From Octopus vulgaris (lineage: Eukaryota), in NCBI GenBank assembly GCA_951406725.2, contig OX597819.1, positions 11,284,001-11,348,000 of the forward strand: 64,000 nucleotides of DNA, given 5' to 3'. A program made the position numbers and the translations under genes. This document shows, in pieces, positions 26,437 to 40,733 of this stretch (positions within the stretch are counted from its first letter, which is position 1; the number at the start of each line of letters is the position of its first letter). Below the pieces are notes generated by a model. The model saw only the letters and a program-made list of their open reading frames with translations, searched no databases and had not been told where the DNA came from.

Positions 26437-26900
26437 TCCTTTCTATTATAGGCACGACGCCTGAAATTTTGGGGGAGTTGAGGCCAGTCCATTAGATCGA
26501 CCCCTGTACACAACTGATACTTAATTTATTGACCCCGAAAGGATGAAAGGCAAAGTCGAGCTCGGCAGAAATTGAGCTCAGAAGGTGGCGAGCTGGCAGA
26601 AACGTTAGCACACCGGGCGAAATGCTTAGCGGTATTTCGTCTGCCGTTACGTTTTGAGTTCAAATTCCGCCGAGTTTGACTTTGCCTTTCAACCTTTAGG
26701 GGTCGATTAAATAAGTACCAGTTAAGTACTGGGATCGATGTAATCGACTTAATCCCTTTGTCTGTCCTTGTTTGTTCCCTCTGCTGTGTTTATCACCTTG
26801 GGGCAATAAAGAAATAAGAAATTGAGCTCAGAACGTAGCGGTAGACGAAATATCGCTGGGCGTTTCGTCCGGTGTGCTAACGATTCTGCCAGCTCGCCGA
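26437..26900. mobile_element. SINE C (+, 26584-26816) inserted antisense into SINE C2 (-)
   Basis: Duplication agaaattgagctcagaa at 26567-26583 and 26817-26833. Confidence 0.9.
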
Positions 26901-27267
26901 TTAATAATACGAGGTTCAGTGTAACAGTCTAAATATTCTGCACTCTCTCTTCTGACCATTCTATTCTTATATCCAAGGAGTCTACTGGTCAGGGTTGACC
27001 TTTTATCTCAAGCGCATGCGTAACTGTGTGGTAAGAAAGTTGCCTCACAATCACATGGCTCCGGTTTCAGTCTCATTGCGTGGTACCTTGGGCAAGAGTC
27101 TTCTACTGTAACCAGAGGCAGAGCAATGCCTTGTCAATGGATATCTTTAAGATATTTGTTCTGCCCAAGGTTATAGTCGATCCCATTCTACTCTCACCGT
27201 AAGAAATGCAATGAAGCAGTGATTGACTTCCGCTGGAAATCTGTAAGCAACGTCGCCACCATATATA

Positions 27268-27426
27268 GGAGTGGCTGTGTGGTAAGTAGCTTGTTTACCA
27301 ACCACATGGTTCCGGGTTCAGTCTCACTGCGTGGCACCTTGGGCAACTGTTTTCTACTATAGCCTCGGGCCGACCAAAGCCTTGTGAGTGGATTTGGGAG
27401 ACGGAAACTGAAAGAAGCCCGTCGTA

Positions 27427-27473
<47 letters not shown>

Positions 27474-27676
27474 ATGTTTGTTTGTCCCCCTAGCATTGCT
27501 TGACAACCGATGCTGGTGTGTTTATGTCTCCGTTACTTAGCGGTCGGCAAAAGAGACCGATAGAATAAGTACTGGGCTTACAAAAGAATAAGTCCCGGAG
27601 TCGAGTTGCTCGATTAAAGGCGGTGCCCCAGCATGGCCGCAGTCAAATGACTGAAACAAGTAAAAGGGTAAAGAGT
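27268..27676 (+). mobile_element. SINE family A (a degenerate partial head lies at ~27010-27140)
   Basis: Homology to the family A copies. Confidence 0.9.
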
Positions 27677-27839
27677 ATATACACACACACACACACACAC
27701 AAAGTACAGGGTTTAGTTCACAGATGATCTAAAAGATTAGGTACGCTAGGTAAGTGCTGTAAAGGATTACTGGGGTTCCAAGGTTATAGCCGAGACGGTA
27801 GTTATAGAACCATTGCAGATTTCCGATGCAGCGAATATA

Positions 27840-28325
27840 TAATTGTTAAAGAGGACAAGAAGCGTTAAGGCAGGACAAACATCTCATGTCGTATACGTTA
27901 TTATTATTAGAAAAAATTCAAAGTCTTACAGCTGTTTCTGGGATATCCCCGAGTATGGGGTATTCCGTCATCAGAGACAAATAGGGAAAAAAATAAGGAA
28001 AATAAGAATGGTATGTATTAATGAGATGACGACATAGAGGAAGGGAGTAAAAGAAGAAGGAGATGGAGAGAGACAAAGTTGAACTATGAACTTTTATGCT
28101 TCCTTTTTTTTTCTCCCTCTCCATCACCTTATCCTTTTACTCCCTTTCTCTATATCATCATCTCATTAATATTTACCATTCGCATTTTCCTTATGTTTTC
28201 CCTATTTGTCTCTGACGATGGAATATCCCATACTCGGGGATATCCCAGAAACAGCTGTTAGACTTGGAATTCTTTCTAATAATAATATTGTATACGACTT
28301 AATGTTTGTTGTCCTCTTTAACAAT

Positions 28326-28327
<2 letters not shown>
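27840..28327. mobile_element. Inverted-repeat module with an HHR in each arm (27923-27978 -, 28208-28263 +)
   Basis: gtct-CTGAYGA-..ggaata..tatccca-GAAA-cagctg-TW-agac in both arms; ends taattgttaaagaggacaa / ttgtcctctttaacaatta. Confidence 0.85.
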
Positions 28328-28360
<33 letters not shown>

Positions 28361-28458
28361 CATGATATATAAGTATATGCATATATACATACATATATGT
28401 ACATACCTTATATATGTATATATACATGCATATATGGGTACATATATGCATGTATACT

Positions 28459-28519
<61 letters not shown>

Positions 28520-28646
28520 ATAGGTATGTACATAAATGTATATATGCATATACGTATATATAATTTATATTATTATATGTTCGAACGCCACGCATCCATT
28601 TCCAAGTAAGTTTTATCTATTTATCTATCTCTCTATCTCTCTCTAT

Positions 28647-28726
<80 letters not shown>

Positions 28727-28732
<6 letters not shown>

Positions 28733-28940
28733 GAATGGAGTTGAACGACGAATTAACAAAATTCCTTTATTTAGTTTTTTTTGCATCTTGATGTTGACAT
28801 AAATTCCTTGCTTTTCCTGATGAGAAAGCGGCATAATGTACTCCTTATTCCTTCGCAATTAAGAATATACAGCCTTCGAAACATATGTAGAAAATAAAGG
28901 AATTTTGTTAATTTCTTCAACTCGTCGTTCAATATATATT

Positions 28941-28988
<48 letters not shown>

Positions 28989-29187
28989 GAATGGAGTTGA
29001 ACGACGAATTAACAAAATTCCTTTATTTAGTTTTTTTTGCATCTTGATGTTGACATAAATTCCTTGCTTTTCCTGATGAGAAAGCGGCATAATGTACTCC
29101 TTATTCCTTCGCAATTAAGAATATACAGCCTTCGAAACATATGTAGAAAATAAAGGAATTTTGTTAATTCGTCGTTCAACTCCATTC

Positions 29188-29241
<54 letters not shown>

Positions 29242-29444
29242 GAATGGAGTTGAACGACGAATTAACAAAATTCCTTTATTTAGTTTTTTTTGCATCTTGA
29301 TGTTGACATAAATTCCTTGCTTTTCCTGATGAGAAAGCGGCATAATGTACTCCTTATTCCTTCGCAATTAAGAATATACAGCCTTCGAAACATATGTAGA
29401 AAATAAAGGAATTTTGTTAATTCGTCGTTCAACTCCATTCTTTC
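28727..29444 (+). mobile_element. Three tandem ~210-bp fold-back units, each with an HHR, separated by (TA)n
   Basis: Units start at 28727, 28983, 29236; ttttc-CTGATGA-gaa...ttc-GAAA-catatg-TA-gaaaa with cores at 28817, 29073, 29326; ~45-bp inverted ends. Confidence 0.9.
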
Positions 29445-29584
29445 CTATATTTATATTTTAAAAAAAAACATACAAATTTCCACACGAAAGCACGTAACTT
29501 CAAACGTGTCTTCTCTGATGTGAATTTGCTACCCAGGTATCGGTTAACCGAATTATCCATAACAAGATAATTCATTCAACTACT

Positions 29585-29621
<37 letters not shown>

Positions 29622-30507
29622 GAGCCATTATCCCTTGTCTTTGTCACGTTTATAGGCATTGCTACCAAAACCACCATTATCTTCATCATCACTACCACGG
29701 CCACGGCCAATGCCGCCACAACCACTGCGACCACCGATGCCGCCTCCACCATCGCGCCGCCGCCACCACTACCACCATCACCATCCTGGCATGCAGTCGT
29801 AATGGAGTCCTGTGTCATTTAATCCTAAGTAATCCGATTGACACGCTCAAGTTTGTAACAGATCACTTAATCATTGTTAGCAACCTTTCGACCTTCTTGT
29901 GCGCCCCACCCTCACTCTGTCTGCACCCTCTATTATGACTACCACAACCTCCGTCCCCACCATCACCACCACTACTACTACTACTACTGCTGTTGCTACC
30001 ACCACCACCACCACCATCATTACCATCATCATCACCACAACCATAACTACAACCACCGTCACCACCAACGCCACCAGCACAACAACCATCACCCTCCACA
30101 CCTTCAAACATCACTATGGCCACCACCATCACCACCACCACCACTGCCACCACTACTGCCACCACCACCATTCCCCCACAACCACCATCCCCCCACCACC
30201 ATCACCACACCACCACTCACAACCACTGCCACCACCACCACCACAACCACAACCATCACCACCGCCATCACGTACCATTATTCCTGCTATAAATAGCCGC
30301 CAAATCTTTAAATAACACCTTAGTCTAAATAATGAAAGTATCATGTTTTTCTGTTTCAGAAGTTCAGTTGGCAACCACGTAGTTTCGGGTTCAAATCCTA
30401 CTCAGTGACATGCTGGCTTAGTTTCTTAACAACAGACTTGAGTGAATCAATGGCTCCTGACTGGAATTGGCAACAACAGACAACCTATACGGCGAAACCC
30501 GTCGTAG

Positions 30508-31033
<526 letters not shown>

Positions 31034-32659
31034 GCGTGGTTCTGTTGTAACAAATTTGTTTCCCAACCACATAGTCCCGGACACAGACCCACAATGTGGC
31101 ATTTTGGGTGAGTGTCTTCTATTAGCGACAAATCGATATCGACGAGATAAGAATGAGACTTAGAAATAAATAACGAGATCGATATGACAGACTAAACCAC
31201 TCGAGGCAGCACTCCAGTTTGCCTCTAGTTTAATGACCGAAACAAGTAAAGCGAAATGTAAGGAAAGAAACGTTATATCGTAAATCCTACATAAACAGCC
31301 GAAAGGCTGAAATGTCCCATAAGACCACTGAAATCTAATTTGATCTGGGGTTAAACAATAACAAGACGGCGTGTTCGAGGTTGGAATATCTTTATCAGGG
31401 CTGAATTGGGTGTAAGACAGCATTGTCACTATTGGATTACTCTTGATCGTATGATTCCCCGAATTACGACTTACTTGGAGCTAAATCACACCTAATATAG
31501 GAATGAATACACGACAGAGTAGAACATGGTACAGTGAATGAGCTGAACTGCGGCAAGCGTGTGGGTTGTAGCTGAGTACCGTTCATATTTAATGCGGAAG
31601 TAGTAGGGTGGTTTTTCTTGTTTGAGGTTTTGTTTGTTTACTGTTAAAAGAAACAAAATAGATCCCATAAAAGCTTCTCTTAAAGTCACTGTTTATAGAA
31701 TTAAAGTAAATTGAGATTATGAGTAAAGCTTAATAAAACTTCATAGGTCAGAAGTAGAAGATTTGAGAAGAAAGAAGGTTAAATGTGTGTTGGAATTTCT
31801 GTAAACGTATCACTGCCGGAAGTAAAACAATTAATAAGAGAAAATAATTGGGAAAAGTAGGTGTAGATTATTGATATGGCTTATAGCAGCAAGACAACAA
31901 TTGTGGTAAAGAGCAAAGGAAAGTAGGAAACAAGAGCGAACTGTGTGAAAGAGGGAGAAATAAACAATGCGAATATTGTGATATGCGTAACTGGTTGTTT
32001 AGGTGGAGCAATGACTGCAGTTGGAAGGCAAGTGGTGTGGTTGAAGAAGGGTGTCTATAAAGATGAATAATTGAGGAAGTATGTTGAGAGATGTGAACCA
32101 TTGAGGAAGTATGCATACAAATGTAAATAGTTGAGACAGGGTATATACAGATGTAAAAAGTTGAGATGTTACAACTATCTCTGGCCTATCGCAGCTTTGA
32201 TGAAATTAGATTAACACACTTTGAAAATGGCGCCCAAACAGTTGCAAAGCTGAGTTGCAAGGCGTCTCCTTCACTTCCATATCGCTGTTCTTCAGTTTTT
32301 CTCTTGTTGCCAGTACAAGCGTACGAGTCGTTTATTTATAAATTCACCACATGCTTTTGAAATTAAAACTTTACTCCTCTTCCGTGTTACCATATTTACA
32401 AGAAGAACCGATACTATACTGTAGAAAAGTATTAAAATGAAGGAAAGTAATTACTTAAAGCATAAAACTTGAAAATATTTAAAGAGTTGATCGCAACGGA
32501 AGCAGACGATTGGAGGGGAAATTGGTTTGATTGAAGCGATAGTATTAAATATTTTGAGCAAAGCGAATGTGGGTGTGTGTGTTCTATTTTGAGCCCTAGG
32601 ACTCATATGTCCGCTTACTCGGTATCTAAGTGACGAGATAACAACATCCTCCCTAAAAG

Positions 32660-32820
32660 AGGCGCCGATCTATCGCAGGGGTTGTCGTTTACGGATGAAT
32701 GGGCTGGAGCGACGTGAAAAGAAGTGTATTGCTCAAGAACACAACGCCGATCCGGGAATCGAAACCGCGATCGCAAGATCTTCAATGCAACACTTAACTT
32801 GCAGACCTTGTGCCTTCACA
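32660..32820 (-). mobile_element. Old tRNA-headed SINE of a fourth family
   Basis: Reverse complement gtgaaggcac...ggtttcgattcccgga...gttcttgagcaatacacttc. Confidence 0.55.
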
Positions 32821-32988
32821 TAGCGAATAAGTACCACGATCAAAGTAGAGCGGCATCAATCTTATTAAATATCCAATGGATTAAGAATGGTATAGGTGAG
32901 AAGCAGAATTTATTGATACTCTTATTGGAAAATTGTAATCAGAAACGGTTTCTAATTCATATCAAACATGTTATGATTAAAGCGCAAT

Positions 32989-33368
32989 GTGGAGGCGCAA
33001 TGGCCCAGTGGTTAGGGCAGCGGACTCGCGGTCATAGGATCGCGGTTTCGATTCCCAGACCGGGCGTTGTGAGTGTTTATTGAGCGAAAACACCTAAAGC
33101 TCCACGAGGCTCCGGTAGGGGATGGTGGTGATCCCTGCTGTACTCTTTCACCACAACTTTCTCTCACTCTTACTTCATGTTTCTGTTGTACCTATATTTC
33201 GGCCTTGTCATTCTCTGTGTCACGCTGAATATCCCCGAGAACTACGTTAAGGGTACACGTGTCTGTGGAGTGCTCAGCCACTTACACGTTAATTTAACGA
33301 GCAGGCTGTTCCGTTGATTCGGATCAACCGGAATCCTCGTCGTCGTAACCGACGGAGTGCTTCCATTC
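32989..33368 (+). mobile_element. SINE family B
   Basis: TSD aaagcgcaatgt at 32979-32990 and 33369-33380. Confidence 0.95.
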
Positions 33369-33582
33369 AAAGCGCAATGTTTTGAGTGAGTAAATGGTGA
33401 GGAAGATATTGACGAATTAAATGAAATAATCGAAAACGATATTTACGATGATCTTCAAAAATGTCTGCTTAAACGGAATCGATTTTTTCTGGCAAAAAAG
33501 TCATGAAAACCTTTTGTGAGGATTACGAACGCAACACATTGCAACTCATTACAAAACATCATAAGATCGCTCAACGTCTTAA

Positions 33583-33701
33583 CTTGGAGGCAATGCTGAA
33601 GAAATTTTCTTTACTTTGAGACAATGCTGAGGGGAATTTCTTTACTTGGAGGTAATTCTGAGGAGATTTTCTTTATTTGGAGGCAATGCTGAAGGGATTT
33701 C
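33583..33701. repeat. ~31-bp minisatellite, four copies
   Basis: Unit tggaggcaatgctgaagaaattttctttact. Confidence 0.8.
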
Positions 33702-33952
33702 AAATAAAAACCGATGTTTATTCATCAAAAGATGAACCCAGAAACTATAAAAATTCCATAAGGAAGTAATATCGTTCAGGGATTTAATGATGAAATAAAA
33801 TGGTTCACTAAAAGTGTTGCCGGAAGATTATCGCGGTGCTTATTTGTCCGAAGGTTAAAATTCTTTTGAATCTGGTAACACCTTGGGCCATCCTTGGCAA
33901 CATTTAAAATTTAATATATTCAAAGGATTTTTTTTTCACAGTTGATCAATAT

Positions 33953-34172
33953 TGGTTTCAAATTTTGGCACAAGGCCAGCAATTTCGGGAGGTGGTGGGG
34001 AGCTAAGTCTATTACATCGACTCCAGTGCTCAACTTGTACTTATTTTATCGACACCGAAAGGATGATAGGCAAAGTCGGCTTCGGCGGAATTTGAACTCA
34101 GAACGTAAAGACAGACAAAATACCGCCAAGCATTTCTCCCAGCATGTTAACCATTCTGCCAGGTCGCCACCT
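33953..34172 (-). mobile_element. SINE C2 (alternative tail), diverged
   Basis: C head and core; tail cccgaaattgctggccttgtgccaaaat. Confidence 0.8.
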
Positions 34173-34473
34173 AGCAGAATTCTTAGAGGTTTGGATAATT
34201 CACATTTGGAAACATGGGTGGTTCGTTCAACATCCTTAAACAACCTTTATTCAGGGACCTTTTAAGCGACTCGACCAGAAGAAAATTCTAACTGGGCCCT
34301 ACCTGCAAGGTCATGTGCTGTTTATCTTGATATGAGATCATCATGTCGCGCACATATGGCTGTGATGCATGTGCCTAGTGTACCCTTATCAGATGGGTAG
34401 TCATGATGGGTTTACTGGGCTTCGTATATTTTACCCCATTGTCACTTTGATGGCATGCACTGCTCTGTCACTC

Positions 34474-34559
<86 letters not shown>

Positions 34560-34574
34560 GAAGAAGAAGAAGAA

Positions 34575-34725
34575 GAAGGACATCGAAAATGCCTCAGGAA
34601 TGAGAACCCAGGTTCGAAATTTCCCCAAGACACCTGAAGAAGGCTGGAGGGTATATCAGCCGAAACGTTGTGTTGACAACCAACAAGATGAGGATAAATA
34701 TCCGTCGAATGTAAATAATGTAAAA
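34575..34725 (+). mobile_element. Second copy of the HHR tail module seen at 18150-18290; HHR at 34630-34673
   Basis: acac-CTGAAGA-aggctg..cagcc-GAAA-cg-TT-gtgt after (AAT)n(AAG)n. Confidence 0.8.
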
Positions 34726-34997
34726 AAAAAATAACATTTAAATTTTCCTGAGTCATGAGGACACGTGGAAACCAGCTGTATAAGAGCAGACAAGTAGATT
34801 CCTGGGTTAGAATGTGTTAATGAGTTTTCTGGCTTCAAAAATCGAATAATCAAAACCATGGATAAAATTGCTGTCACCGGAATAAACGTTGGGCTCGAAG
34901 AGGTTGCTTTGGAAAAATGTTCGCGAATTATTAACTTCACATTCAAAAGACTATAAGCGACGATGATGTCAGTGAAATGATGCTCCAACGGGCTATG

Positions 34998-35299
34998 CGA
35001 AGAAGAAGAAGAAGAAGAAGAAGAAAGAGAGGAGGAGGAGGAGGAGGAGGAAGAAGAAGAGGAGGATAAGAAGGAAGATAAGAAGGAGGAGGGAGAGGGG
35101 GAGGAGGAGAAGAAGAAGAAGAAAGAGGAGGAGGAGGAGGAGGTAGAAGAGGAGGAGGAGGATAAGAAGGAAGATAAGAAGGAGGAGTGGGAGGGGAGGA
35201 GGAGAAGAAGAAGAAGAAGAAGAAGAAGAAGAAGAAGAAGAAAGAGGAGGAGGAGGTGGAGGATGAGAAGGAAGAAGAAGAGGAGGAGGAGGAGGAGGA

Positions 35300-35330
<31 letters not shown>

Positions 35331-35345
35331 AAGAAGAAGAAGGTA
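34998..35345. repeat. (GAA)/(GAG) purine-rich repeat
   Basis: Direct reading. Confidence 0.95.
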
Positions 35346-35776
35346 AAGGAACGAAAAATGCCTGAAAGGAAATCACAGTAAAAGAACTTTGATTGTTTTC
35401 GGGATATAGAGTAGACTAAACAGCAATCGATAGCCATGGATCAGAATGTCAACAAAAGAACTGCTCATTCGCTAAAGTTTAGATTATGAAGTGGTTTGTT
35501 ATTACAAAATGTTTGCAGATAAGAAAGAAATTCTTCAAACTGTTCAACTGGCTTTTGATGAATGTTTCTCAAAATTAAGTAAATAAATAAAAAAATAAAT
35601 GCTTTTTAGTTATTGCAGGCGTTTTTTTTTTCCACTCTACATAATTAAGTAGAATTGTTTCTATTGATTATCAGATTTGATATACGTACGGATGGAGATC
35701 GGGGGATTAATTTATCGCGTTATGTAAGAAAGAATGTGTTTATATGTGTCACCATGATAGATCGGTTACCACTACA

Positions 35777-36007
35777 AGGCGGCGAACTGGCAGAAACGTT
35801 AGCACGCCGGGCGAAATGCTTAGCGGTATTTCGTCTGCGTTACGTTCTGAGTTCAAATTCCGCCGAGGTCGACTTTGCCTTTCATCCTTTCGGGGTCGAT
35901 TAAATAAGTACCAGTTAAGTACTGGGATCGATGTAATCGACTTAATCCCTTTGTCTGTCCTTGTTTGTCTTCTCTGTGTTTAGCCCCTTGTGGGTAATAA
36001 AGAAATA
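35777..36007 (+). mobile_element. SINE family C
   Basis: 13-bp TSD ggttaccactaca at 35764-35776 and 36008-36020. Confidence 0.95.
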
Positions 36008-36023
36008 GGTTACCACTACACGC

Positions 36024-36200
36024 ATTTTTTTCTCTCCTTGTTACTGTCCTTGTTTTTTCTGTGTTCCTTTCTATAGAAGAGCGTAGGCTCGAAACGTAAA
36101 AGACTTTTCCAATTCCCAAGCGTTATACTAATACATGTTTGTTTTCTACACCACCTGTCTTCGTCATTCGTTTTTTTTTCGTGAGTTCTCCCTATAAATA
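36024..36200 (+). mobile_element. P1 pLTR module with degenerate HHR (36067-36102)
   Basis: cttt-CTATAGA-agagcgtaggctc-GAAA-cg-TA-aaag; homologous to 41170-41350. Confidence 0.75.
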
Positions 36201-36359
36201 ATATGAACACTTCTTGAAGAATGAAGATGTAAATAATTGTTGCACACACAAACACAACCACACACACACAAACACACACAAACACGAACACACACAAACA
36301 TACACAAACAGAGGTTTGGTGATGCAAATATGAAAGAACTCAAAACTTCATTATGTATT

Positions 36360-36757
36360 CATTTCTACTCAAGGCACAAGGCACGAAATTTTGAGAAGAG
36401 GGGCCAGTCGATTAGATCGACCCTAGTACGCAACTGGTACTTAATTTATCGACCCGGAAAGGATGAAAGGCAAAGTCGACCTTGGCGGAATGTGAACTCA
36501 GAACGTTAAGACAGACGAAATACCTATTTCTTTACTACCCACAAGGGGATAAACACAGAGGGTACAATGAAGGACAGATAAAGAGATTAAGTCGATTACA
36601 TCGACCCCAGTGCGTAACTGGTACTCATTTAATCGACCCCGAAAGGATGAAAGGCAAAGTCGACCTCGGCGGAATTTGAACTCAGAACGTAACGGCAGAC
36701 GAAATACGGCTACGCATTTCGCCCGGCGTGCTAACGTTTCTGCCAGCTCGCCGCCTT
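36360..36757 (-). mobile_element. SINE C dimer (full unit plus headless C2 unit); a divergent C2 (+) follows at 36783-36998
   Basis: Junction gaaatacctatttc at 36517-36530. Confidence 0.88.
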
Positions 36758-37082
36758 AACTTTATTATATATTGGCGAAAGAAGACGGCGAGCTCACAAA
36801 ATCGTTTGCACGCCGGACAACAATGCTTCGCGACATTTCGTCCGTCTTTATGTTCTGAGTTCAAATTCCGTTGAGGTCGACTTTGCCTTTCATCCGGAAT
36901 CGAAAAAATTAGTACAATTTGAGAACTGTGTTTGATGTAATCAATTTATCTCCTCCCGCGAAATTTCAGCCCCTTTCGCCTGGAGTAGGAAGGATTATGA
37001 ATCGGCAAAAATTACAAAATGATTCAAAGGTTGAAGATTTCGTTCATTGGAACGAAACTCACCGTCCTGCCTACGTCCCATA

Positions 37083-38302
<1,220 letters not shown>

Positions 38303-38378
38303 TACTTGGAGGAGATGAAACGAAACGAAACGAATCGAATCGACGCGAGGGCACTCAGTCATACAATAGTGTAATAAA

Positions 38379-38435
<57 letters not shown>

Positions 38436-38550
38436 ATTATATTTAAGGGCAATGGAATGCCAGCACCTATACGCTAGAAGTAGATGTCAAATACCTACAA
38501 CCCACTCTAAATTTGTTCTTTATAACCCAAGGCAGAATGCGAGGAAATGA

Positions 38551-38606
38551 CCAAGACTTAAGATTTCGTGCTCTGTAATAAAGATTACTTTGCACTCATC
38601 AGTAGA
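38551..38606 (-). ncRNA. HHR motif
   Basis: Reverse complement: cta-CTGATGA-gtgc...gcac-GAAA-t-cttaag-TC; stem I is weak. Confidence 0.6.
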
Positions 38607-38825
38607 GATAAACCAACCATACATAAGCGAAAAATACATATACATACCGATAAATTTTTGCGTACAGATACCAAAACATACATGCATTTTCCATGTATAT
38701 ATTACATCTAATCGCCCATCTCGGCCATGTTGTTAATGTCAGAAATCATACGGGATAAATACAGTGCCGCAACATGATATAATGACTAGAGAACTCAAAC
38801 TTGTTTATACTTATAAATAGAGGAT

Positions 38826-38942
38826 ATAATCATTAAATTGTTTATATCAGTGGCTAGCGTATAATTATGTAATTAAAAATTAATTTTACTGATAGGTTCG
38901 TTTTTATACGCTAGCCATGATATAATCATGTTAATGATTATA
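38826..38942. repeat. Inverted repeat with ~40-bp arms next to (TA)n
   Basis: ataatcattaa...tggctagcgtataa / ttatacgctagcca...ttaatgattat. Confidence 0.75.
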
Positions 38943-38951
38943 ACCTCAATT

Positions 38952-39024
<73 letters not shown>

Positions 39025-39030
<6 letters not shown>

Positions 39031-39897
39031 TGCGGTGAATAAACTGTCGTATAAATTTAGCAAAAATGGAAATAGCACTGACATCTCATTTTAACAGATA
39101 TATTTATCAAAATTACATAAAAATATATTGAAATACTAAAGAGTAAATTTATTCAATAAAAATCGCCATTGGCTTCATCCATGGCCTCCAGACAACTTCG
39201 GAATCTCCTGCAACTCTTCTGGACAGTCTCCTTGTTTCAGTTGGTGAATGCTGCCATAATCCTTGCCTTCAGTTCATTTTTTGTGTTACAAGGAGTTTTG
39301 TTGGTCTCTCGCTACACTGCACTCCACACATAATAATCAAGGAGGTTGCAGTCTGGGGAATTAGGTGGGTAGAATTTAGGGCTGTTGTGGTTGCAGAAAT
39401 TGTCTAACACCCACGACTGGGTTCTCCTGCTTGTGTAGCATGGTGCAGAGTCCTGTTGCCAGACATAGGGTCTTCCAGCAGCCACCCTCTTGACCCAGGG
39501 CAGCACTACCTCCTCCAGGCACTTGATGTAGGTCACCGTTTTGAGTCTGAGGCCGCGTGGGAAGGTGAATGTAGGAATAAAAGTCACTATCACTAGTGAT
39601 CAGGCCAAACACCATGATGTTGACTGGATGTTTGATTTTTATCATACTTGGTACATGCACTGTCCTCAGATTGACACCCAAACACCCTGAAATGTTCGTA
39701 TTGGAGAGAATGCCAAGTAACACAACATGTTTCCAAATCTGTGGCTGAGTGAGTTGTGTCATGCTACTGTTTTTCTCACAAACGGTGCCCAACTGACCCT
39801 ACTATATTGTGTGGTCGATAAAATCAAAACCAAACAATACGCATGCGCGATATAAAAAATATAAAATGGCGACTATTTACCCATCGAACTCTGTATA
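39025..39897 (-). mobile_element. Tc1/mariner DD37D (maT-like) transposon remnant, internally deleted
   Basis: WQQDSAP...PPNSPDCNLLDYYVW with 37 residues between the second and third D; degenerate TIRs. Confidence 0.85.
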
Positions 39898-40097
39898 TTT
39901 GTGTATATCGAGAGACACACGAGTCATTGGACAAGCGAAAGAAAGAGACACTGAACGCATTTGATAGGTGTCAGATATAGTTTTTTAAAAACAGTTTCAC
40001 TCTGGTCTACATGAGTTTAAAATTCATATAATCGGCGCACACACACACACACACACACTCACATGTATGTGCGTGTATTTATATATATATATATATT

Positions 40098-40178
<81 letters not shown>

Positions 40179-40733
40179 GAGGTCAGGTCACTTTCGAGTG
40201 CTACTGGTAACACGTAACCCAGTACAACCTGTTGCATGTTCGGGTCGTCGGCGACTAAACCGGCAACCCCCACCAAGCTTGCTTGGTGAGGAGGGTGTTT
40301 ATTGGACACCCTGCGGGATGAAAAACAAAACCCATCAAAGGGCGGAGGAACTCTTGAGAGTCAACGGCCATCCAATAAATGTCTTTAGGCTGTATCATGC
40401 GCGGGGACATAGAAATAATCGGACTGAATACCCGATCGCGCGGTTAAACCATTGGGAGTGAAGGACTCCTAGCCTTTGTTAGGGCATCCTTCTAGGAGAA
40501 GGTAACTCAGGTAACTGGGATAACTCCGACATAAAACCTGCGACTCAGTGGTTACCGATGATGTTGACTTGTTCTTCTTTTCAAATTATGGCTGCTGTTG
40601 CTTAGTGAGTGGGATTGACTCAGTGCACAGCCTTTCCTCACTTAAAAAAATCTTCTTGCACAGGTATTGCACGACAACTACATCGATTAAGCTTCGTGCA
40701 ATTGCCATACTCGATAACGAGGGGGCAGCCACC
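40179..40733 (+). mobile_element. Non-coding element resembling an RTE-LINE 5' UTR, inside (TATG)n
   Basis: GC-rich and hairpin-rich; ctaggagaaggtaactc at 40492-40508 recalled as RTE 5'UTR-like; possible HDV-like 3' half at 40228-40263. Confidence 0.45.

Noticed and set aside
28727-29444. CRISPR-like array or a repeated 60-70 aa ORF
   Set aside because: Spacers are (TA)n, units are ~210 bp, the context is eukaryotic, and the ORF is antisense to the HHR.
29660-29810. Pro/His-rich exon after a ttgtcacgtttatag acceptor
   Set aside because: Explained by a degenerate ACC repeat; no donor site or recognisable protein.
31295-31325. cagccgaaaggctGAAA hairpin as an HHR
   Set aside because: No upstream CUGANGA.
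31490-32170. Possible decayed CR1/Jockey LINE fragment
   Set aside because: Strand-biased composition only; I could not read a diagnostic motif.
32991-33065. tRNA gene-like sequences
   Set aside because: They are SINE heads that continue into SINE bodies, with no proper acceptor stem or terminator.
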